Shown here: piece after piece, positions 20,903 through 30,844 of the stretch | Position numbering within the stretch: the stretch's first letter is position 1 | How the letters are laid out: the number at the start of each line of letters is the position of its first letter | Assembly (NCBI GenBank): GCA_046329515.1 | Contig: JAXLUM010000005.1 | Location: 217,787-281,786 of the forward strand | Source of the DNA: Chitinophagales bacterium | Lineage (GTDB): Bacteria > Bacteroidota > Bacteroidia > Chitinophagales > LD1 | Direction of reading: 5' to 3' | DNA length: 64,000 nt | Made by a program: the position numbers and the translations under genes | Notes under the pieces: generated by a model | Databases searched by the model: none | The model's input: only the letters and a program-made list of their open reading frames with translations | Told to the model about the DNA's origin: nothing

Positions 20903-22138
20903 TTGAGCGCACTGGCCTACAATATCGGTATACAACTATACGGGCTTGGCATTTATATAGCATCCTTATTTAATAAGAAAGCAGCGCTGTGGATAGAAGG
21001 ACGCAAAGACTGGAAGACAAAGCTACAACCTAAATCAGCTACAACGCAAAAAACAGCCTGGTTCCATTGCGCCAGCCTGGGTGAGTTTGAACAGGCGCGG
21101 CCATTAATAGAAAAGCTTAAACAGGAGAGACCCGATTATAGGATTGTGCTTAGCTTCTTCTCCCCTTCCGGTTACGAGGTGAGGAAAAATTATAGCGGTG
21201 CAGATGTGGTAACTTATTTACCGCTGGATACACCGCAAAACGCAAAGCAGTTTATTGCGCTCATTCAACCTAATGTGGCCTTCTTTGTAAAGTATGAGTT
21301 TTGGTATAATTACCTGAGCGAGTTAAAAAACAAAGGCATTCCAACTATTCTGTTCTCTGCCATTTTCAGAAAAGAGCAGGTTTTCTTTGCATGGTACGGC
21401 GGCTTGTTCAGGCAGATGCTGAAAATGTTCACCTCTATTTTCGTTCAAACAGAAACTTCTCAAAAACTATTAGCCGGTATTGGCATTAAGAGCGTAGTAG
21501 CTAACGATACGCGTTTCGACCGCGTTTACCAGATAGCGCAAAACCGCCAGCAACTACCCTTGATTGAAAAATTTAAAGGCACCGCTCCTTTACTTATTGC
21601 CGGTAGCACCTGGCCTAAAGACGAAGAACTATTGTTGCAACTAATTGCACAAGGCATACTTAAAGGCTATAAATACATTATTGCCCCACACGATATTGAT
21701 AGCGAAAGAATAGATAAGCTAACTGCGCAATTAGGTTCAAAGGTGGTAAAGCTTTCGCAGCTAAATGATGGTAATGCCGCAAACGCCGAAGTAATAGTGG
21801 TAGATAGCATAGGGCAGTTGACATTTATTTATGCCTACGGCACAATTGCTTACGTAGGCGGTGGCTTTAACGCAAGCGTGCATAATGTATTAGAACCTGC
21901 CGTATATGGTATGCCGGTAATCTTTGGCCCTAATCACCAAAAATCTGCTGAGGCCTTACAGTTAATTGCAAGGGGTGCAGGCTTTTGCATTACTGATGCT
22001 GCGTCGTTAAATAGTATTGTAGCAAGTCTGCTGCAAAACAATAAACTGCCAACAAGCGCAAATGCCGCTAAACAATACGTTGCAGAAAATCCAGGAGGAA
22101 CCGCTGTTATATGGAATGTGGTTAACACGCTGCTTTAA
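20903..22138 (+). CDS. waaA: 3-deoxy-D-manno-octulosonic acid (Kdo) transferase
   Basis: WFHCASLGEFEQ, KYEFW, DTRFDRV, AGSTW, HNVLEPA, FGPN. Confidence 0.93.
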   Translation: MSALAYNIGIQLYGLGIYIASLFNKKAALWIEGRKDWKTKLQPKSATTQKTAWFHCASLGEFEQARPLIEKLKQERPDYRIVLSFFSPSGYEVRKNYSGADVVTYLPLDTPQNAKQFIALIQPNVAFFVKYEFWYNYLSELKNKGIPTILFSAIFRKEQVFFAWYGGLFRQMLKMFTSIFVQTETSQKLLAGIGIKSVVANDTRFDRVYQIAQNRQQLPLIEKFKGTAPLLIAGSTWPKDEELLLQLIAQGILKGYKYIIAPHDIDSERIDKLTAQLGSKVVKLSQLNDGNAANAEVIVVDSIGQLTFIYAYGTIAYVGGGFNASVHNVLEPAVYGMPVIFGPNHQKSAEALQLIARGAGFCITDAASLNSIVASLLQNNKLPTSANAAKQYVAENPGGTAVIWNVVNTLL

Positions 22139-22141
22139 AAT

Positions 22142-22168
22142 AAAAAAGCCCCCGATTGCTCAGGGGCT
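22142..22168. terminator. Intrinsic terminator between convergent waaA and floA
   Basis: A6 followed by AGCCCC...GGGGCT stem. The U-tract is on the minus strand. Confidence 0.65.
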
Positions 22169-22192
22169 CTATTCATAAAAACTTCATTCAGT

Positions 22193-23161
22193 TTACTTCT
22201 TTTCGCCGGGGCCTTTGGCAATGTTATCGCGCATGCTGGTGTCGGCCTGTATGTTTTGCATTTTGTAGTAATCCATTACACCTAAGTTGCCGTGTTTAAA
22301 TGCATCGGCCATAGCAATAGGTATCTGTGCTTCGGCCTCAATAACCTTGGCGCGGGCTTCCTGTGCTTTGGCTTTCATTTCCTGCTCAAGGGCTATAGCC
22401 ATTGCGCGGCGTTCCTCGGCCTTAGCCTGTGCAATATTCTTATCGGCATTGGCCTGGTCCATTTGCAGGGCAGCGCCAATGTTTTTACCAATGTCAATGT
22501 CGGCAATATCAATAGAAAGAATTTCGAAAGCCGTTCCTGCATCAAGGCCCTTGGCCAACACCACTTTTGAAATGCTGTCAGGGTTTTCCATTACGTGCTT
22601 ATGGCTTTCTGATGAACCTATACAGGTTACAATCCCTTCACCAACACGGGCAAGTACGGTTTCCTCACCGGCACCACCCACTAACTGCTTAATGTTAGCG
22701 CGCACAGTTACACGGGCTTTGGTTATTAGCTGAATACCATCCTTAGCAACTGCTGTTACCGGTGGTGATTCAATAATACGTGGTTGCACACTCATTTGCA
22801 CGGCTTCAAATACGTTACGGCCGGCAAGGTCAATAGCAGTAGCGGCGCGAAAATCCAGTTCAATGTTTGCTTTATCGGCACTAATAAGCGCACGCACCAC
22901 ACGGTCAACATTACCGCCTGCCAAATAGTGGGCTTCAAGCATATCGCGCTCCACAGGTATACCTGCCTTATGACCCATTACCATTGCATTTACTATGGTA
23001 GTAGGCGGCACACGGCGGAAGCGCATAAACAATAACTGAACAAGGCTGATGTTTACGTTGGCAAACTTTGCCGATAACCACAGCGGTATTGGCAACAGCC
23101 AAAAGAGAATTAAAACGGCAAAGACTATAACGCCTGCCAATACTAAAACGGGTGCGTCCAT
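22193..23161 (-). CDS. floA: Flotillin-like protein FloA (YqfA)
   Basis: [69 protein letters not shown]. Confidence 0.93.
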   Translation of the reverse strand: MDAPVLVLAGVIVFAVLILFWLLPIPLWLSAKFANVNISLVQLLFMRFRRVPPTTIVNAMVMGHKAGIPVERDMLEAHYLAGGNVDRVVRALISADKANIELDFRAATAIDLAGRNVFEAVQMSVQPRIIESPPVTAVAKDGIQLITKARVTVRANIKQLVGGAGEETVLARVGEGIVTCIGSSESHKHVMENPDSISKVVLAKGLDAGTAFEILSIDIADIDIGKNIGAALQMDQANADKNIAQAKAEERRAMAIALEQEMKAKAQEARAKVIEAEAQIPIAMADAFKHGNLGVMDYYKMQNIQADTSMRDNIAKGPGEKK

Positions 23162-23165
23162 TATA

Positions 23166-23636
23166 TCAGGTTTTTATGGGTTGAACTAAAATTTTATTAC
23201 CGGTAATTTTAATAATTTCTATTGCGGTATCACGCTTAACATAATCGCCGGTTGAATATACATCCAGTTTATTGTTTCCAAACACCGCCTTACCGTTAGG
23301 CCGCAACTCTGTAATGGTGGTTCCTGTGTCACCAACATTTAAAAACGATACTTCGGCATCATTTACCCTGCTATCAATGGTTCCCTTCATAGCCAGCTTA
23401 TTGGTTTGTATAACTCTAAAGCCAAGGGCTATGCTTACAAACACCGCAGTAAGCGAAATAATCATAGTTATGTTACCGGCCTTTTGCCCGTAATAGCTAT
23501 ACATAAGCAGCACACCTGCCACTACAGCCACCCCACCTGCTATACCAAACAGTGTAGTTCCGGGTATAAAGAATATCTCCAGAAAAATAAGCAGGAGGCC
23601 AACAAGTATAATTGCCAGGATAACCCAAAGCGCCAT
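23166..23636 (-). CDS. Short NfeD-family membrane protein
   Basis: LEIFFIPG plus three TM segments. C-terminal OB fold ([13 protein letters not shown]). Directly upstream of floA. Confidence 0.85.
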   Translation of the reverse strand: MALWVILAIILVGLLLIFLEIFFIPGTTLFGIAGGVAVVAGVLLMYSYYGQKAGNITMIISLTAVFVSIALGFRVIQTNKLAMKGTIDSRVNDAEVSFLNVGDTGTTITELRPNGKAVFGNNKLDVYSTGDYVKRDTAIEIIKITGNKILVQPIKT

Positions 23637-23680
23637 AGGGCTAATATAAGAAGTTAGGAATACGTATTGCGAAAGATATC

Positions 23681-24091
23681 TTAATCATCTTCTTCCATTT
23701 CCCCATCCTTGGCTTTAATTAGGTGCAGCAGGGTTTTGTTGCCCTTTACATCACTGGCAAGGTCCAAATGCAGACTATCTAAATGCTGTATGGTAAAAAC
23801 TGATTCTTCCTTATCGGGGTTGGTTATTGATTTTAGCTTCAGGGTTTTATCGCTAAGGCTGAATTTGCCCTTCTCTTTCATACCCGCAGCCATTATCATA
23901 TAGCCTCCTTCCTCGTTAAACTCCCACAACCATTGGCCGGCAGCATTACCATCCATTTTAGTGTTGTTCAGTTCAATGGCATCAACGCGCCAAATTCCCC
24001 TTAGCTGTTCCTTGGTTTTATTGGTGCATTGGGCTAACAACAGTATTAAGCCTGCACACAGTAAAAGGTATATTCTCTTTTTAACGTTCAT
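23681..24091 (-). CDS. Lipocalin-like lipoprotein
   Basis: Lipobox-like LLAQC, LRGIWRV, WEFNEEG...GKF. Start placed at MNVKK. Confidence 0.7.
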   Translation of the reverse strand: MNVKKRIYLLLCAGLILLLAQCTNKTKEQLRGIWRVDAIELNNTKMDGNAAGQWLWEFNEEGGYMIMAAGMKEKGKFSLSDKTLKLKSITNPDKEESVFTIQHLDSLHLDLASDVKGNKTLLHLIKAKDGEMEEDD

Positions 24092-24101
24092 GTTTTTCTG
24101 T

Positions 24102-24515
24102 TTATTTTCTAACCAATACAAAGGTTACTTCCTGCCCGTTTTCATCTACCCTAAAGGCGAACTTCTCGTTATCCAGCTCTTCTACCTGGAATGTCTTAGG
24201 CTGGTTATCGGGGCCGGTAGAAGTCATTGCGGTAGAATTCCAGTTTAATTTCCACTTTCCCTCAGCAGGGCTATTATTCAGTGTGGCAGTATAAGTTCCG
24301 TCTGCACGGTAGGTAATACTGTACGAGCTTTTCATCATGTTCACCCAGTTATCGGTAACGGGCTTCATTTCAGGCGTTACAGCCTCCTTATATTTAAGGT
24401 CTTCAATGCGCCAGGTGCCTACCACCAGCTTTGATTTATCGGTGCAGCTTGTAATAGTGCTTAAAGCGAAAAACAGAATTACAAGGGAAAATAACGAGGA
24501 CTTGCTTATGTTCAT
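24102..24515 (-). CDS. Lipocalin-like lipoprotein
   Basis: Lipobox TITSC, LVVGTWRI, YRADGTY...EGKW. Confidence 0.72.
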   Translation of the reverse strand: MNISKSSLFSLVILFFALSTITSCTDKSKLVVGTWRIEDLKYKEAVTPEMKPVTDNWVNMMKSSYSITYRADGTYTATLNNSPAEGKWKLNWNSTAMTSTGPDNQPKTFQVEELDNEKFAFRVDENGQEVTFVLVRK

Positions 24516-24569
24516 ACGGTTAAATTAGCGTGCTAAAATAGCGGTGGACGTTTCAATTACAAATCATTC

Positions 24570-25040
24570 ATGAAAATCAGCTTCTTACAACTGGGCAAAA
24601 CCGTTTCGCCGGATATTAAAAACATATGTGCCGATTATGCCAAACGCATTAACCGTTATATAAAATACGAGGATATTGTAATTGAAAACGGCGGCATTAA
24701 AAGCACTGATATTGAAAAAGTAAAGGAACAGGAAGGCCAGCTATTACTAAAGCGCATTAACCCCGGCGACTACCTTTTTCTGCTGGATGAACGCGGAAAG
24801 GAAATGGATTCGGTTCAGTTTGCCGGTGTATTGAATAACCTTATGAATCAATCGCACAAAAACATTTGTTTTGCCATTGGCGGGGCATACGGTTTTTCAA
24901 AAGATGTTTACAGCAGGGCCAATGCCAAACTCAGCTTAAGTAAAATGACCTTTTCGCACCAGATTATACGCGCCATTTTTGCAGAGCAGCTTTACCGTGC
25001 CTTTACTATTTTAAACAACGAACCTTATCATCATTCATGA
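24570..25040 (+). CDS. rlmH: 23S rRNA pseudouridine-1915 N3-methyltransferase
   Basis: LLDERGK, FAIGGAYGF, SLSKMTFSHQIIR, EQLYRA, EPYHH. Confidence 0.95.
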   Translation: MKISFLQLGKTVSPDIKNICADYAKRINRYIKYEDIVIENGGIKSTDIEKVKEQEGQLLLKRINPGDYLFLLDERGKEMDSVQFAGVLNNLMNQSHKNICFAIGGAYGFSKDVYSRANAKLSLSKMTFSHQIIRAIFAEQLYRAFTILNNEPYHHS

Positions 25041-25681
25041 GTATTACACTGATAATTGTGGTGGTTACATGCGCTTTTTCGTTTTACGCGCTTAGTAACC
25101 TGCACGTTTTTGAGGAACTAAAATTCAATCCTTACCTGGTATGGCATCAAAAGAAGATTCATCGCCTGGTAAGCATGGTTTTTCTGCATGCCGATTTTGT
25201 TCACCTGTCGTTTAATATGCTTGCCCTGTATTCCTTTGGCGAAGTGGTGGAACGCGATTTCCATTGGCTGAACCCTTCCACTGAAAACATGCAGATATTC
25301 GGCAACAACGGAGGTGTAATGTTTGTGCTGTTTTATTTCAGTGCCGCCATTTTTGCCAATTTGTGGAACCTGTTTAAACATAAAGATGATTACAGCTTTT
25401 CCAGCGTGGGGGCTTCAGGAGCTACCAGTGCGGTAATGTTTGCGTTTATCATTTTTCACCCTACGGCCTACGGCTTCAGCTTCTTTTTTATTCCGCTGGG
25501 TAAAACACCGGCCTGGGTAGTGGGGCTATTGTATTTGGGTATTTCAACCGTTATGTCTCGCAGGGGTGGCGACCGTATAGACCATGTGGCGCACTTTTGG
25601 GGTGCAATATATGGATTACTATTCCCCTTAATCGGCAATTACTTATTAGTTGAGCGCTTTATATACCTTGTAAAACCATGA
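25037..25681 (+). CDS. Rhomboid intramembrane serine protease
   Basis: FLHAD..HL.FNM, GASG catalytic Ser, IDHVAHFWG catalytic His. Confidence 0.92.
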   Translation: MSITLIIVVVTCAFSFYALSNLHVFEELKFNPYLVWHQKKIHRLVSMVFLHADFVHLSFNMLALYSFGEVVERDFHWLNPSTENMQIFGNNGGVMFVLFYFSAAIFANLWNLFKHKDDYSFSSVGASGATSAVMFAFIIFHPTAYGFSFFFIPLGKTPAWVVGLLYLGISTVMSRRGGDRIDHVAHFWGAIYGLLFPLIGNYLLVERFIYLVKP

Positions 25682-26691
25682 TAGTTGATTTAAGAAGCGA
25701 TACGCTTACCAAACCTTCGGCAGCCATGCTTAATGCAATGGTAACTGCCGAATTAGGCGATGATGTTTTTGCTGAAGACCCAACGGTAAAAAAGCTGGAG
25801 GAGAAAGTAGCTGCGCTGTTTGGCTTTGAGGCGGCATTGTTTTGCCCAAGCGGCACCATGACCAACCAAATTGCCATTAAGGCGCATACACAGCCTTTGG
25901 ATGAAGTTATATGCGATAAAATTTCGCACATCTATAATTACGAAACCGGGGGATGGGCATTTCATTCGGGTGTATCTGTGCGCTTAACCGATGGCAACCG
26001 TGGCCGTATGACTGTGCCCCAAATAGCTGAACTTATTCTACCTGATTACGACTGGTACCCTAACACGCGCATGGTGGCTATTGAAAATACCGTAAACAAA
26101 GGCGGTGGTAGTGTATATACCCTTGATGAGATGAAGGCGATAAGCGACTTTTGCAGAAGCAAGAGCCTAATCATTCATTTAGATGGCGCGCGCCTATTTA
26201 ATGCGCTGGAGTTTTTAGGTAAAAAACCAGCAGACCTGCATGGTATTTTCGATAGTGTTTCGGTTTGCATAAGCAAAGGGCTTGGCGCACCGGCAGGTAG
26301 CGTATTAGCCGGCAGCAAAGAGTTAATTAAGAATAGCCGGAAAATAAGAAAGGTGATGGGTGGCGGTATGCGACAAAGCGGCATACTTGCTGCGGCATGC
26401 ATTTATGCTTTAGATAATAATGTTGAGCGCCTTGCAGAAGACCACAAAAAAGCACGAATGCTGGCTGAAACGCTGGAACAGTGCGATTGGGTAAAAAGCG
26501 TTTTACCTGCTGAAACCAATATTGTAATTTTTGAAGTAGCAGACGCTGCTAAAACTTCAGAACAGTTAGCGGCTATAGGTATTCGCACTTCTCCCTTCTC
26601 TCCTACGCTGGTGCGCATGGTTACGCACCTGGATATAACAGACGAAATGCTAAGCTATACGCTGGAAAACTTACAGAAACTAAAGGCGTAA
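25678..26691 (+). CDS. ltaE: Low-specificity L-threonine aldolase
   Basis: DLRSDTLT, GDDVFAEDP, SGTMTNQ, HLDGARLFNA, SKGLGAPAGS, GGGMRQSG. Confidence 0.93.
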   Translation: MIVDLRSDTLTKPSAAMLNAMVTAELGDDVFAEDPTVKKLEEKVAALFGFEAALFCPSGTMTNQIAIKAHTQPLDEVICDKISHIYNYETGGWAFHSGVSVRLTDGNRGRMTVPQIAELILPDYDWYPNTRMVAIENTVNKGGGSVYTLDEMKAISDFCRSKSLIIHLDGARLFNALEFLGKKPADLHGIFDSVSVCISKGLGAPAGSVLAGSKELIKNSRKIRKVMGGGMRQSGILAAACIYALDNNVERLAEDHKKARMLAETLEQCDWVKSVLPAETNIVIFEVADAAKTSEQLAAIGIRTSPFSPTLVRMVTHLDITDEMLSYTLENLQKLKA

Positions 26692-26692
26692 A

Positions 26693-27346
26693 CTACTGGG
26701 CCTTTTTGTAGTCGGCAGGCACAGTAAATTCCGCATCGGCTATTTCAGTTTGCTTAACGCTTACTAAATCGTAGCTGGCTATTACTTTGCCTTGCAGGTT
26801 TTTGGTAATTGATTTAACCGGAAAGCCTTTTATTTTTTCGGCGCTTAAGCCAAGTATATCATAGTTGCTGCGGAAGAAAGGGAAATACTGGTAGAAAGGA
26901 TATTTCACATCCACCGTAACCCACATTTCTGTTTCAGTTAAAGTAGTGCTTACTACCATCTTCTCACACTTTACACCTCCAAACTGCATGGTTTCGCCGG
27001 TGCGTGTAACCTTAACACCACTCACATCCATATCCTTAGGCGGCTGTATTTTATTAGTAGGCATGGCAAAATAGGTTTTAGCCTGTCCGCCGCTTGGTGT
27101 GCCTTCATTAAACATTAAAAGCTGGTTGCCTTTGCGGTCAGCTATAAAATCTGACACCGTATTTACCTTACCATCGCTGAATGTCATCTGCATTTTGCAG
27201 GCATCATCAGTAATGTACCAGGTTACGCTTATAGTTGAACCAATGGCGTTATCGCTGGTATATTTTTGTTCTACCACAAGCCCTTTTGCTGCATAAGTAA
27301 ATTGCAGAACAGCTAATAAGGCCGTTAGAATAGTTAGTTTCTTCAT
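26693..27346 (-). CDS. Secreted DUF4412-type protein
   Basis: Signal peptide. C-terminal TGET..FGGVKCEK...EMWVT...GFPVK...FTVPADYKK pattern. Confidence 0.7.
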   Translation of the reverse strand: MKKLTILTALLAVLQFTYAAKGLVVEQKYTSDNAIGSTISVTWYITDDACKMQMTFSDGKVNTVSDFIADRKGNQLLMFNEGTPSGGQAKTYFAMPTNKIQPPKDMDVSGVKVTRTGETMQFGGVKCEKMVVSTTLTETEMWVTVDVKYPFYQYFPFFRSNYDILGLSAEKIKGFPVKSITKNLQGKVIASYDLVSVKQTEIADAEFTVPADYKKAQ

Positions 27347-27374
27347 ACTACGTTTATTTCTGTTGCTTGTTTAA

Positions 27375-28835
27375 TTAGTTACCTACCACACCCTTAACCT
27401 GTGCCGAGTTATAAGTGCCGTCATTAACACCGGTTAGCGGATTACCATTGCGCTTAATGGCATTACCCGCAGGGCCGCTTTGCGGACCATAGAATGGCAG
27501 GAAGCCGCCCGGAATTGGAATAGGAATACAGATTTGACCGATGATTGGAATGCTTACACAAACTTCAATATCTACATCAATGTAGCCCTGCTGGCCCTGT
27601 TGGCCGAAAGGACCGCCATCGCCACCATAAGCTGATGGAGTGATATTTATAGTAGCAACGCTAATAGGAATGCTGATTGGATAATTAGCTGTTGCACCAT
27701 CACCGGGAACTGAACCCACACAGCATGTTGCCGCTGTACCGCTTTGGAATACGCCTATGTTTATACCACCCGGGTTGGTTACGCCACCGGCGCCAGATTC
27801 AGAACCACCGCCACCGCACATACCAAAGCCAATTACAATTTGGCCGATAATTGGAATGCTTGGCGTGCCTAATGCAAAGCCTACTGAACCACCACCGCTA
27901 CCACCGCCATAAATGGCGCCGTTGTTCTGCAGTATAGTGCGTGTAGTTAAATTCATAGCCATACCACCATCCTCCCCGGGGTTACCACCGGCTACTAAAA
28001 GGCTGCCATTAAATACAAATGAACCGCCATCGCCACCGTGACCAAGTATATCGCCGTTGTTTACAATACATACCAGCGAGCTGGCAGCAAGGCCACCTGT
28101 GGTATAAGCCGGTATAGTGTTATCTGTTGCTTTAAGTTCCACTGCATTGTTGATGTTAAGCAGCACATACTGTGGTGAGCCTGTAGGCAGGTTGTTTATT
28201 GCCTGTAAGTTGTAATCAAGTTGGTCAGTAGGTATGGTAAATATTTGCGGAGCTTTAACTGTTACGGTATACGTTAAAAAGTGTATCTCATCGCCGCAAA
28301 AGGCCTGTATAATTATTGGATAAACACCACCCACGGGTGCACACAAATCAGCTTTTACTACAATTTGTACAGTGCCGGCAGAATCAATAGTAGGGTTACC
28401 ATTAAATGAAGCGGTTACGCCTTGTGGCAGTGAGCCAAGGAATATCAATGATATATCCTGATTGCCGTGGGTTTGGTGAACCGTGATAGTAGAGCTTACT
28501 GAATCAGAAAAAATGCGGTCAAGCGTATCCGTAGCGTCGTCAATAGTCATGGTAAATGCACACTCGTAGCAATTCTTCTCATAGGTTTTCAACCAGCACT
28601 CGCCATTCCAATACTCAATTAAGCTATCGGTAGTATTAAAAATGGTAAGGCCTTTCAGCGGGTTATTAATAGCATCGCGCTGAGAAAGCGTTAAACGCGG
28701 AAGGCCGAGTCCACGGTCCGTACTTTCCAATTGAAGCACCGCACTGCTGTCCGGTATAAGAATGTTAATACCCACCTGGGCGCGTAATTCACCCAAGCTT
28801 GCAAACACCAGTAGTAAAAAGAGAATTTTCTTCAT
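27375..28835 (-). CDS. Secreted adhesin-like protein: Bacteroidota QVGIN...PDSSA N-domain, Ig-like spacer, gp38-like polyglycine C-domain
   Basis: Signal peptide, then QVGINILIPDSSAVLQLESTDRGLGLPRLT. C-terminal half NNGDILGHGGDGG...GEDGGMAM...QNNGAIYGGGSGGG...GGGG...GGDGGPFG...GPAGNAI. Start placed at MKKIL (28835). Confidence 0.75.
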   Translation of the reverse strand: MKKILFLLLVFASLGELRAQVGINILIPDSSAVLQLESTDRGLGLPRLTLSQRDAINNPLKGLTIFNTTDSLIEYWNGECWLKTYEKNCYECAFTMTIDDATDTLDRIFSDSVSSTITVHQTHGNQDISLIFLGSLPQGVTASFNGNPTIDSAGTVQIVVKADLCAPVGGVYPIIIQAFCGDEIHFLTYTVTVKAPQIFTIPTDQLDYNLQAINNLPTGSPQYVLLNINNAVELKATDNTIPAYTTGGLAASSLVCIVNNGDILGHGGDGGSFVFNGSLLVAGGNPGEDGGMAMNLTTRTILQNNGAIYGGGSGGGSVGFALGTPSIPIIGQIVIGFGMCGGGGSESGAGGVTNPGGINIGVFQSGTAATCCVGSVPGDGATANYPISIPISVATINITPSAYGGDGGPFGQQGQQGYIDVDIEVCVSIPIIGQICIPIPIPGGFLPFYGPQSGPAGNAIKRNGNPLTGVNDGTYNSAQVKGVVGN

Positions 28836-28953
28836 GTAGCAATTATTGCGATGCCAAAAATAGTACTTATTCCCTCTTGTAAAAGGGTAATACACCTTTC
28901 TTAATAATAAAGAAGTAAAAGCGGGCACCGCCGCGAAATTTGCGCTTTAACAA

Positions 28954-29335
28954 CTAGGCCACCGTAGCCAGCCACCAGGTGTTTCCAAAGGGGTCTAATA
29001 TGCCGGCAGCCCTATCCGCATAGCTGGTTTTAACGGGTTCCATAGCGCTTTTGCATCCTCTTTCCATAGCTAGCTTATAGGTAGCATCGGTATCGGGCAA
29101 ATAAATGAACAAACCGGCATTTTGAACCGGGTAAAGCTCTACCGTATCAGCAAACATTATAACCGAGCCTCCAATATCAACCTGGGCATGTTGTATTCTG
29201 CCGGGTTCATCAGGCCGCTCCATTACGTGCAATTCTTTGGCGCCGAACAGTTCTTTCATAAAGCTCATGGAAGTCCCCGGCGTTATCTACAATGGCGTAA
29301 GGCATTGGCGGTATTTTGGTTAGCGGTATTTTCAT
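28954..29335 (-). pseudogene. VOC/glyoxalase (PhnB-like) protein, frameshifted near 29270
   Basis: ATG at 29335 reads MKIP...MPYAIVDNAGDF. An extra base then joins it to MSFMKELFGA...HAQVDIGGSVIMF...DPFGNTWW. Probably a sequencing error. Confidence 0.7.
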
Positions 29336-29384
29336 AACAAGTATTTATAAGGTAGAAACGCCGGCAGTTACTCAGTATCCTGCG

Positions 29385-30752
29385 TTAGCGCGCTTTTTAA
29401 ATAAACGGCCATTTTTTCCACAGCCAAGCTTAAACGGCATCGGCTTTGGCGTATTTATTTACTGGCAAGTTTTTTCAATGGCTGCCGTTTTTCGGTCGAA
29501 GTTCATCAGCAGTTTGGCAAAAACGTGAAAAGTTAAGGTAGTTGCGCTCAAAGGTTCTGACACATTTTTACGTCTTTGCATGAAAACCTGAAATCAAAAG
29601 CATTCATAAAGCGCTTCTTCGTCTGTTTCAAACACTTTATCATTAACGAACGGGCATCAAGCCCATAGAACAAATCATAGCTGCACCTTCTTTGCAGCAT
29701 TATGCCCTTATCATATTTCTGCGTATGAAAGGTAGTTGGCCATGTTGTAGTTAAAGGCATTATCGCGAACGGCCTTGTTCAGCGGCAGCGGTATTCTGTA
29801 ATAAAGTCGTTAGCTCCAATCACTGACGAGGCGCGCCGTGGTAACAATGTTCTTTATAGTTCTGCTGGTTTATCTCGCCGTTCACCAGCAAAATACCTTT
29901 CTCCAACCTTGTCGTAAAGTTCAAACAGCTCATTAAAGAAACTGCCATCGCTGCGATTAACTCTGCTTATGCAAAAGGCTACAAGTGAAAAGAAATTCGC
30001 CATGTTGCTGTAGTCCACATCATAGCTGCAAGTTCATCGCTATCCATTACGATGGCAAAGCCAGCTTTACATTAAATGGCAATTGGCGTATACCGTTAAG
30101 TAAGCCTTAACCAACACATTTTCTTTTATACCCTTAGCGCCTACCATCTTCAATAACTCTGCCTGGTTAAAGCTTTTCATTTTCAAACCCAAACACATTG
30201 TTATCGTTGGTAAGCTGGCAGAGTTGGCGCAGTCATTGCATAAAACATCATGTTCTCCTGCTGTTTGCGGTGCTCCGTAATAAAACGGCTATACGTTTTC
30301 CGCGAGCCTGGAATGCAATTCTTCTAACAATTCATTGCGTAATACCTTCCAGAAAGAGGTCCGGACGCATAATTTCTTTGCTCTTTTGTTTTAACTGGCT
30401 TCCAGTGAAGCCTTGTTGAGGGCTGCATCCTTTCTGAAAAGAAGTCATTAATGTTGCGGCACAAAGCCCCGCTTGCTTTAAGGTTCTCTCCGCATATATA
30501 AACTGCTCTACTGCACTTATTAATCCGACACCAGGTAACGGAACTTTTTTCATTGTAAGGCGACTTGCCAAAAGCTGCCTCCTGCGGTTTCTCTCTTATT
30601 CTGCTATCTTTACCCAATGCCAGTACTGTGCAGCAACTCTGCTGTTTCTGCTGCTGAAGAAGGCGAGGAAAGTAACGGCCCAGGTCCCGCTTCTGCTTCC
30701 GCTACACACTGTATATTTCTTCCAGCCTTCGGCTTATGGTTTTACCTGTCAT
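29385..30752 (-). pseudogene. About 450-aa all-helical hypothetical protein with multiple frameshifts
   Basis: Fragments across frames: MTGKTISRRLEE, NEKKFRYLVSDL-ISAVEQFI, AELLKMVGAKG, FFNELFELYDK, NAFNYNMANY, YDLFYGLDARSLMIKC, RNYLNFSRF. Coordinates approximate. Confidence 0.6.
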
Positions 30753-30814
30753 TAACTTTTAAAATTATCCGAAATATACCAAAAAATGTATTATTTTTTA
30801 CTATATCAATAAAA

Positions 30815-30822
30815 TATTTTTG
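30815..30822 (+). promoter_or_regulatory. Bacteroidota -7 box (TATTTTTG)
   Basis: TAnnTTTG about 22 nt upstream of the ATG at 30845, in the divergent gap. Confidence 0.4.
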
Positions 30823-30844
30823 TATCAAGCCAAAAATAGTGGCT

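Noticed and set aside
27375-28835. Prophage inferred from the gp38-like domain
   Set aside because: The protein has a Sec signal peptide, and there is no integrase, terminase, capsid or other tail gene in the window.
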